A stretch of 32,000 bases of DNA, taken from Candidatus Saccharimonadota bacterium. Lineage in GTDB: Archaea > Nanohalarchaeota > Nanosalinia > Nanosalinales > Nanosalinaceae. The stretch is from positions 90,001 to 122,000 of the forward strand of contig NZ_CP180230.1 of the NCBI RefSeq assembly GCF_047555085.1, written 5' to 3'. The notes under the pieces were generated by a model that was given only the letters and a program-made list of their open reading frames with translations, had not been told where the DNA came from and searched no databases. A program made the position numbers and the translations under genes. Positions 24,553-32,000 of this stretch are shown here, in pieces; the stretch's first letter is position 1; the number at the start of each line of letters is the position of its first letter.

Positions 24553-25470
24553 TTACACGTATTCTTTATCCAGGCCTTCAAGAATTTTATCCGCACGTTC
24601 TCTGATGCCATGTCTTTCGACGAATTCTTCATATGAATCAATGTCCATATGTTGTGTGCCGAAGGCTTCTCTACTGGCTTCTCCCATATCATACACTACT
24701 ACATCTTCTCTTCCTGTGTCGTAGCCGAGGCCTGTATGCGGTGGATTGACGATGTCTTCAGGCCTTTCATCATATGATACTTCTCCTTCGAAAAAGAGAT
24801 TTGCCAGCTGTACTCCTCTTTTCCTGAAAAGGCCTTCAAGTGCGTCTTCGCCGTGTCTTTCGTTGAACATTTCCCTGTGTTCATCTGTAACGTCTCCGTA
24901 TTCGACAAGATCTTCGTTGAAAGGCCCTATTAAGGCTGGAGTAAGGCGACCTCGGTGCTGTGAGATCATCACATCGTAGTCTGTCGCTACAGGAATATCG
25001 TTGTGCTGGAGAGTTTTGTTAGTATTTTTCCATATCAAGGCCTGTTCAACGGCGGCCTGAGGGCTTCCAAAAAGTTTAGGGCTAGGAATCTGTACAAGCG
25101 TATCTGTCTCAAGGCCTCTGTAAGTATCCTTCATCGCTCCGTTCACGACCTGAACTAGTTCGCCTTGAACTCCGTCCAGTTCACGTCTTCGAAGCTTCAA
25201 AGAGATATCTTTCTGGCCGACAGCATCCATAACTTGGCCGTACTCTTCCATCAACATCCTTGCTGCACGTTGCATCTGCCACTCTTCATCAGAATCATCT
25301 GGATCGCGTTCAAACAGGAACTCTCTGAACAGCTCAGGCTCTATAGGATGCTTGGCGTAGCGAACTCCGGCTTCCTTTGCTGTAGCTGCCTCTGAAATTA
25401 TCGTTTCCTTATCCTGTGCGTCCAGCAGCTCCCGGAAATAACTCCATTCCAGCTCCAGAGACTCATCCAT
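24553..25470 (-). CDS. hypothetical protein (305 aa)
   Basis: Long clean acidic ORF ending 26 nt from tRNA-Asn. No motif recognised. Confidence 0.65.
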   Translation of the reverse strand: MDESLELEWSYFRELLDAQDKETIISEAATAKEAGVRYAKHPIEPELFREFLFERDPDDSDEEWQMQRAARMLMEEYGQVMDAVGQKDISLKLRRRELDGVQGELVQVVNGAMKDTYRGLETDTLVQIPSPKLFGSPQAAVEQALIWKNTNKTLQHNDIPVATDYDVMISQHRGRLTPALIGPFNEDLVEYGDVTDEHREMFNERHGEDALEGLFRKRGVQLANLFFEGEVSYDERPEDIVNPPHTGLGYDTGREDVVVYDMGEASREAFGTQHMDIDSYEEFVERHGIRERADKILEGLDKEYV

Positions 25471-25522
25471 AAATGAGTATAGAACAGAAACAGATTTAAT
25501 TGTTATCGTTTAGTAGTTACAT

Positions 25523-26305
25523 ATGGAGGATGAAAATGTCTACAGGCCTTCTGATTTCGCCCTTGAAACTGTAGCCGAGGAGAACGATTTCGATCCAGAG
25601 GCCTATAAAGTCGACAGCGCCACTCCATACGCTGAAGTAAGCGATACAGGTATCAGTATGGACGGCTACGAAGAACTGATCGATCTCGCAGTTCAGAAGT
25701 TAGAGGGCGCTGATTACATAGACGCTGTGCATCTTTCCGCTACAGGCCTCAGAGACTCGATAGAGACAAGCGGACTCGTCCCAAAAAGTCTGGGAGCTGA
25801 AGGATCTGGCACATGGCCTCCAAGCCACAGAGACAAAGTCTACTTTACGGGAGAAGATACAGATAATCACACTCCGTTGGTCTTCGAAAATTCCTGGGCT
25901 TCAGCACCTGTAAGAAGTTTTGGAGGAAGGCCTATGAAGGTACACGCACTCCTAGATGCGGATAATGTTCTTTCCGACGATAACAATAAAGATAGTGTAG
26001 AAAGGATTGTCAGATCTCTCATGAACGGTGCATTTGCACATCAAGGCCCTGTAACGCCGGGAAAAGAGCAGGGATCTACAGAGTCTCACATCTATGAACT
26101 AGAAGCGATGGATGAGCCTGCTCTCTTGCCTCTGGAAAAAAGATGGGGAGGAAAAAGATACGAATATGGAGAGACAGGATTCTGGCCTTCTGGCTGGGAA
26201 GAATTCTCAGAAGAAGAGCAAAGAGAACTGGAAGAGCTCAACGAAGCTCTAGGAGAGGCCTGGGAAGAAAATCACCAGAGAACTCTCGGTGACTCCTGGA
26301 GATAA
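25523..26305 (+). CDS. hypothetical protein (260 aa), possible H-Y-E ADP-ribosyltransferase-like fold (speculative)
   Basis: Clean acidic ORF divergent from 24553..25470. Contains AVHLSATG (H70), DKVYFTGE (Y107) and SHIYELE (E192). Order and spacing recall PARP-type H-Y-E ARTs. This is motif inspection only. Confidence 0.6.
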   Translation: MEDENVYRPSDFALETVAEENDFDPEAYKVDSATPYAEVSDTGISMDGYEELIDLAVQKLEGADYIDAVHLSATGLRDSIETSGLVPKSLGAEGSGTWPPSHRDKVYFTGEDTDNHTPLVFENSWASAPVRSFGGRPMKVHALLDADNVLSDDNNKDSVERIVRSLMNGAFAHQGPVTPGKEQGSTESHIYELEAMDEPALLPLEKRWGGKRYEYGETGFWPSGWEEFSEEEQRELEELNEALGEAWEENHQRTLGDSWR

Positions 26306-26311
26306 AAATTA

Positions 26312-27088
26312 TTACTTTATCTGCTTCAACTCGCCCAAAATTTCTTCAGCATCATTGAAATCTACGGTGTTCCGCTGATTTAACAGCTCGAGATTTTCCG
26401 AGCTGAAAAGGCCTGGAAGCGGACTAATCCTGAGGCCTAGAGAAGCAAAACTTTCAACGAACGGAACTCTGTAACATTTCCGGCCTCTCGACGCGTAAAT
26501 CCTTTTCGCCAGCTCTCCAAGACTCATCTCCTCCGGGCCTGCTACTTCAAGAGTTTCTCCATCGAAATCTTCTACGCTTCTTGTCAGAAGCTCCGTGAAA
26601 TCTTCGATGTGGATCGGCTGCATCTCTGTACTGAAATCGGGGAAAAATCTTGTCCTCGAGGCCTTTCCGATCATCTCCAGAAGCTTGTTTCCTCTGCCGA
26701 AGACTGTTGAAGGCCTGAAAACAGTATAGTTTTTCGAAAGATTCTTGACTAAATCCTCGGCCTCTTTCTTCGTCCTGAAGTAGCTGTGATCAACTTTATC
26801 GGCGCCCAGAGCACTGATGTAGACGAATTTTTCTGTTTCAACAGCTTTCAGAAGATTTCTCGTACCTTCTACATGCACCTTTCTGTACTTTTTCGCTGAA
26901 TGCATTCCCGGTGCGAGGCCTACAGTGTGGAAGACGACATCGAACTCGTCTTCGATCGAGAAATTTTCCGTGATATCCTGTTCAAAAGTAGCTTTGTCCC
27001 TGTCCAGAGTCTTTACAGTATGTTCCTCTCTCAAGGCCTCGACAAGATTTCTTCCGATAAATCCATTGCCGGCGACGAGAATATTCAT
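26312..27088 (-). CDS. NAD(P)-binding atypical SDR (epimerase/dehydratase, NDUFA9/NmrA-like)
   Basis: MNILVAGNGFIGRNLVEAL is a Rossmann GxxGxxG at the N-terminus. The track start 27112 is a TTG 8 codons upstream; the ATG at 27088 is preferred. Family-level call only. Confidence 0.75.
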   Translation of the reverse strand: MNILVAGNGFIGRNLVEALREEHTVKTLDRDKATFEQDITENFSIEDEFDVVFHTVGLAPGMHSAKKYRKVHVEGTRNLLKAVETEKFVYISALGADKVDHSYFRTKKEAEDLVKNLSKNYTVFRPSTVFGRGNKLLEMIGKASRTRFFPDFSTEMQPIHIEDFTELLTRSVEDFDGETLEVAGPEEMSLGELAKRIYASRGRKCYRVPFVESFASLGLRISPLPGLFSSENLELLNQRNTVDFNDAEEILGELKQIK

Positions 27089-27133
27089 GTAAAAAACGTT
27101 AGAGGCCTCCAAAGTTAAATCAGAGATGATTTT

Positions 27134-27577
27134 TCAGACAGTTATCTTCAGATCCACGGCTCCGAAATCCGTCTCCAGCTTGTGATCGGAGAAGCTGAGG
27201 AACTCGTATTCTTCCAGTACATCATAGTTGTCCTTAACTGCGTTGATGGCAGCCAGCTCTGTCTCATCTGGCTCACCTTCAAGATCCAGATCCCACAGCT
27301 GCAGGCGATCATGATAGTTCTCCGTCTTCAACATAAGATCCTCCACGGAATCAAGGCCTTGTACGGGAACGGCTTCGAGCAACTTCTCCCATTCACTCTT
27401 TTTCTCTCTTAACTCAAGCGCATAGGAAAAGGCCTCGACTATCGCCTTCTCCCTGTAAGAAGACTCATCGGCTTCTCTGGCCTCTTCAGCATAGGCCTGG
27501 AAATCCAGCAAAAGCTCGTAACTATCGGTGATCAGTTCTGAAAACTCCTGATAGATTTCCTCATCGTACTGTTCCAT
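27134..27577 (-). CDS. hypothetical acidic protein (147 aa)
   Basis: Clean ORF starting 4 nt downstream of the dys stop, probably co-transcribed. No motif recognised. Confidence 0.55.
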   Translation of the reverse strand: MEQYDEEIYQEFSELITDSYELLLDFQAYAEEAREADESSYREKAIVEAFSYALELREKKSEWEKLLEAVPVQGLDSVEDLMLKTENYHDRLQLWDLDLEGEPDETELAAINAVKDNYDVLEEYEFLSFSDHKLETDFGAVDLKITV

Positions 27578-27581
27578 GGAA

Positions 27582-28601
27582 TCACTCAGGACTGTATTTT
27601 TTGAAGGCCTCAGCTACAAGCAGCGGGAACACTAGTGTGGCCTCTGCCTCGATCTGAGTGTAGTTATTTGTCTCCTCCTTGATCTTTCCCCATGAAACAG
27701 CTTCTTTAGGCGGAGCTCCAGATAGACTTCCGTCTCCTTCCATTCCTGTGGAGATGTATACAGCGTAATCGGTGCCGCCTCTAAAGAGATTCGACATGAT
27801 TGCCTGGTGCTTAGGCACGCCGTCGCCGACCGCTATGATGGCGGTCTTGTCTGCTTCGATCGCCTCGTTGATTAGACTGTCCCAGTCATCAAGGATCTCG
27901 ATGCCGATATCCTCGTCTTGCTCCTGTCTGTAGTAAAACATGAAGTCTCCGATCTCTGCGTCGATCATCGCAGGACAGTAAACATTGATGTCGTTGTTCG
28001 CTGCGTGGTAGATGAAGGAATCTGATTCATCAAGATCCTCATCTTTTCCGACGGCCTCTCCAAGTTCGTAAGCCAGGTCTGAAGGAGTTCTTATTTTTTC
28101 GTCTGAGAAAAAGTCCTGGAAAAATCCGTCGTTCAGCCAGGATTCAAGCCAGACATAGTGATCGGACTCGACGTAGATATTTCCTAGCCGATTGATTCCT
28201 TCCTCTCTTAATTTTGCCTCGTCGGCCTCCCATTCACCCATCTGGAAATCATCGTTAGTCTTGATAACATCCTCGGTGTGAGAACCGGCGGAAGTGATCA
28301 TAACATCAACGTAATCTTTTCTCGCGAGATAGGCGATGACTTCTCTGAGGCCTGAACTGATGATATTTGAAGTGAACGTCAGGAAAATTTTCGCGTCCTC
28401 ATCCCGCATCTCTTTTACAAGATCGATCGCTTCTTTCATGTGAGTGGCCTGGAAACCTGTTGTAGAGTATTTTTCCAGCATCTCCGTCATATCAAAATCG
28501 CCGCGGAAATCGTAACCCTCCACGTCTTCACCGGTAAATTTTTTCTTCGTTCCAGGAATCACATGCTCTCTGGTATCTGAGGCCTCTTTTTCTTCACTCA
28601 T
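27582..28601 (-). CDS. dys: deoxyhypusine synthase
   Basis: 339 aa. TGFQATHMKEAIDLVKEM....AKIFLTFTSNIISSGLREVIAYLARKDYVDVMITSAG and a C-terminal ...DGS.SGA.P.EAVSWGKI (Lys in the active-site region) match DHS. Confidence 0.9.
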   Translation of the reverse strand: MSEEKEASDTREHVIPGTKKKFTGEDVEGYDFRGDFDMTEMLEKYSTTGFQATHMKEAIDLVKEMRDEDAKIFLTFTSNIISSGLREVIAYLARKDYVDVMITSAGSHTEDVIKTNDDFQMGEWEADEAKLREEGINRLGNIYVESDHYVWLESWLNDGFFQDFFSDEKIRTPSDLAYELGEAVGKDEDLDESDSFIYHAANNDINVYCPAMIDAEIGDFMFYYRQEQDEDIGIEILDDWDSLINEAIEADKTAIIAVGDGVPKHQAIMSNLFRGGTDYAVYISTGMEGDGSLSGAPPKEAVSWGKIKEETNNYTQIEAEATLVFPLLVAEAFKKYSPE

Positions 28602-28658
28602 GGAGAAAAAATTGTATACAAAATTTTTTATCGATCACAGGAGAGGCCTCAAAAATTT

Positions 28659-29156
28659 TCACGGAGAGATATCTATCCAGTCCTTCACGTGGAATACGTA
28701 GACTGGCAGCGATACAAGCAGGCAGAAAAACAGTGCTGCGCGTAACTCAAGAGTGGAGAAAAGGCCTAGCAATGGATTGAAGTCGAAAGGCATGAACGGC
28801 TGCATGTATGGGTGGTGGAAAGCATCGATCGTCACATGCAGGAATGCTCCTGAGAATGCTGCCAGGAAGATGTTCTTCTTCGAAATTTCCTGTACAATCT
28901 TCATCTCCCGTAGTTCTTCGTCGATCAGAGGCCTTGCATAGATCATTACAGCTCCGAGTAGTATTGCCATCAGGGTCGCCCCGAGATAGGTATGCACCCA
29001 GCCGTGTCTTGGTGGAGGCCAGAATCCGAGGAAGACCAGTGCGGCCCGCCAGTCGATCATCACGTTCGCCGCCACGAAAGTAGGGAAATCCAGCTTCTTC
29101 AAAAGCAAGAGGCCTAAAAGTATTCCAGGCCCGAAGTGGAAAGGTGTGAACGGCAT
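28659..29156 (-). CDS. polytopic membrane protein, possibly a membrane-bound metal-dependent hydrolase (DUF457/YdjM-like)
   Basis: 165 aa and very hydrophobic. Conserved-looking His positions are MPFTPFHFGPG, RHGWVHTY and HVTIDAFHHP. Family assignment is tentative. Confidence 0.55.
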   Translation of the reverse strand: MPFTPFHFGPGILLGLLLLKKLDFPTFVAANVMIDWRAALVFLGFWPPPRHGWVHTYLGATLMAILLGAVMIYARPLIDEELREMKIVQEISKKNIFLAAFSGAFLHVTIDAFHHPYMQPFMPFDFNPLLGLFSTLELRAALFFCLLVSLPVYVFHVKDWIDISP

Positions 29157-29246
29157 AACTTATGTTTCAATTTTTTGCTGAAAAATTTTTGTACGGGATA
29201 TTTTTATCACGCTGGAAGCCTATTTTTCTGTTAACATGTTTCAGAG

Positions 29247-30020
29247 GTGTTTGTACTGGCTCAGATAGGTGTCCTGAAGCTGAGAACAGGTTCTGGTATC
29301 GAAGAAGTCCCTGTTTTCGATACTTCTGATGTTTCACAGGATTTTCTACGTGTTCAGACGGCTGCAGGTACAGGAGCTCTCGCACTTGTCGATCCGGAAC
29401 AGGCAGATATACCTGAGCTACGTGTGATGACTTCATCCGGAGTCAGATCGGTGAAAAAGTCCCTTTCATCGTACGAGTTCTACGATGGCTTCGAGGCCTC
29501 AAGTGTAGACAGTTCCTGGAGTACAGAGGAGATGACAGGTCAGACAAGTTATGAAGTTTCCAGTAACAGAGCTTTCAGCGGCTCACAGTCCGTAAGGATC
29601 TACATGGACGATGATGAAATGTCGGGAGATGATGAAAATGCTGCTCTGAGGCGTTACTTCGATCAGCCGCGTGAAAGAAGGTTCAGTGTCATGGTCTATG
29701 ATGAAGGAACTTCGGAACAGTGGATAGCCTCTGTAAGCAACAGCAACGTCAGCAGCGGCCTACAGGCCCTGGAGTGGGGGCAGTCCTCGGATTATACGTA
29801 CAGGGATGGAGGCAGCTTCAACAGCACCGGTAAATCCAGGACCACAGGATGGAGAAAGTTCGAGTTCGTGGCTGATGGAACGGAGACAAGATTCCTCATT
29901 GATGGGGACGTAGTTCATACCTCAACTGCTTATGGAACTTTCGACAGCATAACTATAGGATCTTTCTGGGGAGTCAATGACTGGGGGTACTACGACGATG
30001 TCAAGGTAGAAAGACTGTAG
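29247..30020 (+). CDS. hypothetical protein with a possible concanavalin-A/LamG-like beta-sandwich C-terminal domain
   Basis: 257 aa with a GTG start. The C-terminal WRKFEFVADGTETRFLIDGDVVHT...ITIGSFWG...YYDDVKV resembles LamG/ConA-like lectin-fold endings. No obvious signal peptide. Confidence 0.5.
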   Translation: MFVLAQIGVLKLRTGSGIEEVPVFDTSDVSQDFLRVQTAAGTGALALVDPEQADIPELRVMTSSGVRSVKKSLSSYEFYDGFEASSVDSSWSTEEMTGQTSYEVSSNRAFSGSQSVRIYMDDDEMSGDDENAALRRYFDQPRERRFSVMVYDEGTSEQWIASVSNSNVSSGLQALEWGQSSDYTYRDGGSFNSTGKSRTTGWRKFEFVADGTETRFLIDGDVVHTSTAYGTFDSITIGSFWGVNDWGYYDDVKVERL

Positions 30021-30080
30021 CACGCCGCAAAATTTTTCATTCTCAAGATTTTATATTCGAGGATTCACTAAGAATTCTGT

Positions 30081-30851
30081 ATGGGTATCCTTCCTTCGGT
30101 TTTCGGAAGTTCGGGAAATTCAGGAAACAATGACGTTGAGAAGAAGTCAAGGACAAACTCAACTCCAGGTACTGTAGATGGTTCTAAATCAAATGAACTG
30201 AGAAGTATAATGAGTGGAGACAACATCGATATGACGGATCGAGATGTAAAGCTGAGTGCCGATCATACTTCAAGCCACCTCAACGTTGCAAAGTCCCCGC
30301 TACTGGAAAGGATGAATCACGCAGTCGGTAAAGTGGAAAGAGAAAAAAGCACTATTGTTAACAAACTTCCAGCGTCAGAAGCCGATAAAATGGGTAGAGA
30401 ACTACAGGCAGCTGAAGACGACTCCGCTCAAATCGTTAAAGCAGACATCAATCCACATGAAAAAATGGTTGTCAGCGGAGAAGTCCTCAATGAGGCCTCT
30501 GAAGCTATAAAAGAAAGAGTCAAGAAGATGTTCGAGCTAAAGGCTGAAATCGGAGATAGAGATGAGGATGAAATAAGAGAAGATATGAAAGAACTCTGGA
30601 GAGATGTTTACAGGCTTGTAGATCAAAATATGCAGGCCTACTACTTTATACATGATAAAGCAGCCAATGAATCACGCGAAGTACAGGCCTTCACTGTAGA
30701 TGCTGCAAATGTTTTCAGGAATACTGTTAAAGTCTGGAGCAAGCTTAACAGAGATGCTGCTGGAGAGATTCAGTCCCTGAAGAAGTGGAGGATGAAGAGA
30801 GTCAACTTTGATTCCGGGAACGATACGATTTTCCAGCAGTTTTTCGCCTGA
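30081..30851 (+). CDS. hypothetical helical protein (256 aa)
   Basis: Clean ORF with a low-complexity S/G/N N-terminus and a helical, charged remainder. No motif recognised. Confidence 0.5.
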   Translation: MGILPSVFGSSGNSGNNDVEKKSRTNSTPGTVDGSKSNELRSIMSGDNIDMTDRDVKLSADHTSSHLNVAKSPLLERMNHAVGKVEREKSTIVNKLPASEADKMGRELQAAEDDSAQIVKADINPHEKMVVSGEVLNEASEAIKERVKKMFELKAEIGDRDEDEIREDMKELWRDVYRLVDQNMQAYYFIHDKAANESREVQAFTVDAANVFRNTVKVWSKLNRDAAGEIQSLKKWRMKRVNFDSGNDTIFQQFFA

Positions 30852-30895
30852 AAGAGGCCTCAAGTTAAGAAGATTCACTGGAAAATCTTATTTTC

Positions 30896-31294
30896 ATGCA
30901 GGATGCCGCGGTGCTGACTCATCCACACGATACATATGGAGTTGATACAGGGAAGATACAGAGATTTCTTGAGAACTCTGATTTTGACGCCGTGTACTAC
31001 ATATCAGACAACGAAGGATTTCTGCAGGAGCCCTGGAGAACCGGCGCTATGGAGACAGAACGAGAATGCCTTTTGCCGACAGGATTCGAAAAAGGATTTT
31101 ACGAGAGAGGCCTTGAAGAAACAGGATCCGGAGAACTTGAATCTCACGAAGTAGATTTTCTGGATGAACGATACGATGAAGTCTACGTTCTCGGTGCCAG
31201 AAGAGGAATCTGCGTGGAAAACACTTATGCCAGTCTGGAAGAAGGTTTTGAAGGAGAGATCAGGAGGATCGACGAGATGATCTTCCCGAAGTAA
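30896..31294 (+). CDS. hypothetical protein (132 aa)
   Basis: Clean acidic ORF. VYVLGARRGICVENT faintly recalls the cysteine-hydrolase (isochorismatase-like) active-site strand, but the protein is too short for a confident call. Confidence 0.45.
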   Translation: MQDAAVLTHPHDTYGVDTGKIQRFLENSDFDAVYYISDNEGFLQEPWRTGAMETERECLLPTGFEKGFYERGLEETGSGELESHEVDFLDERYDEVYVLGARRGICVENTYASLEEGFEGEIRRIDEMIFPK

Positions 31295-31382
31295 TTTGAT
31301 TCTTAAAACTCACCTATAAAATCATCTATACGAAACCGGGTTTCCGGTTTCCTGATTCGGGAACTCTCTGAGTTCCATTCAA

Positions 31383-31456
31383 GGCCGAATAGCTCAGCCT
31401 GGGAGAGCGCGTGACTGAAGATCACGTTGTCCCCGGTTCAAATCCGGGTTCGGCCA
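31383..31456 (+). tRNA. tRNA-Phe (anticodon GAA)
   Basis: Hand-folded cloverleaf: GGCCGAA TA GCTC AGCCTGGGA GAGC G CGTGA CTGAAGA TCACG TTGTC CCCGG TTCAAAT CCGGG TTCGGCC A. 74 nt, no CCA. Confidence 0.9.
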
Positions 31457-31494
31457 AATATCCTGCTACTGGATTATCAGGTGTCTGAAAAATT

Positions 31495-31833
31495 TTGATA
31501 CAATCTTTCCTCAGTGCTGCAGATAAAACTGATATACAGGTCCTGTCGGAATCTGATCTGGAACAGGCCCGGCGCAGAGGAGACTTTGAAAGGCCTCTGT
31601 TCTTCTACGAGACTGATTCCCGTGTAGAAGTCTACGAAAGCAATCCCCGGCTTGGAGAAATTTTACATCCGTTCAATTCAACTCACGACTACTTTCTGCG
31701 TGTCGATCCAAGTTACACACACGAGGCCTATTTCTCCGCTACAGAACAGGATCTCAAAGAGATCACGGATACACTTTCATCTATCGTGGAGAACTCCGAT
31801 GAGGCCTACATGAAGATCGTACAGGATTTCTGA
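31495..31833 (+). CDS. hypothetical protein (112 aa, TTG start)
   Basis: Clean acidic ORF. The start is uncertain because no in-frame ATG lies near the 5' end. Confidence 0.45.
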   Translation: MIQSFLSAADKTDIQVLSESDLEQARRRGDFERPLFFYETDSRVEVYESNPRLGEILHPFNSTHDYFLRVDPSYTHEAYFSATEQDLKEITDTLSSIVENSDEAYMKIVQDF

Positions 31834-31841
31834 CAAAAATT

Positions 31842-32000
31842 TTACCACGGATCGTGTTCGAAGCCGTGATCCTCAGCTCTCTCAATCATATCGTCTTCAT
31901 CAGCGTTCTGGACCGGCTCCATCTGCCAGTCCTCGAAGTCATCATTCATCTTCTTGACAGCTTCGGCCTCAGCCTCACTCATTATTGAAACATTCGCTGT
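31842..32000 (-). CDS. small acidic ORF, possibly partial (hand-found)
   Basis: The reverse strand reads MSEAEAEAVKKMNDDFEDWQMEPVQNADEDDMIERAEDHGFEHDPW-stop from ATG 31982 to TAA 31844-31842. The frame stays open upstream to the window edge, so the true start may lie outside. Confidence 0.3.
   Translation of the reverse strand, partial: TANVSIMSEAEAEAVKKMNDDFEDWQMEPVQNADEDDMIERAEDHGFEHDPW

Noticed and set aside
28753-29083. Plus-strand ORFs antisense to the 165-aa membrane protein gene
   Set aside because: Arg/Ser/Pro-rich products opposite a coherent polytopic membrane ORF.

Overview
Compact archaeal chromosomal segment: genes on both strands, short intergenic gaps and many ATGA/TAATG start-stop overlaps. 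Clear archaeal genes are Alba, FEN-1, aEF-1beta, aIF-1A, Rio1 kinase, a KH/Dim2-like protein, topoisomerase VI B and A, and deoxyhypusine synthase. Also present are iPGM, an atypical SDR, a DUF192 protein, an NMD3-like zinc-ribbon protein and three tRNAs (Arg-GCG, Asn-GTT, Phe-GAA; none encodes CCA). Nearly every protein is strongly D/E-rich. With the small gene sizes, this suggests a salt-in halophile of DPANN/Nanohaloarchaeota type (inference only). The left third (360-11520) is the non-housekeeping part. It holds a FlaI/PilB-family secretion ATPase and a FlaJ/PilC-family polytopic platform protein. These are followed by at least twelve genes for proteins with a single N-terminal hydrophobic helix, several with typical archaeal class III (prepilin) signal peptides. 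The block includes a 509-aa Cys-rich putative adhesin and ends with three small four-Cys pilins; albA sits between them. This is my best candidate for an undescribed surface or cell-cell attachment system. Across the window the palindrome AGGCCT is strongly over-represented: about 110 hand-counted copies against roughly 6 expected. It occurs in all reading frames and in intergenic DNA, but is 4-5 fold sparser in the pilin cassette. I saw no CRISPR array, rRNA, transposase or integrase. All coordinates and counts were derived by hand and need recomputation.
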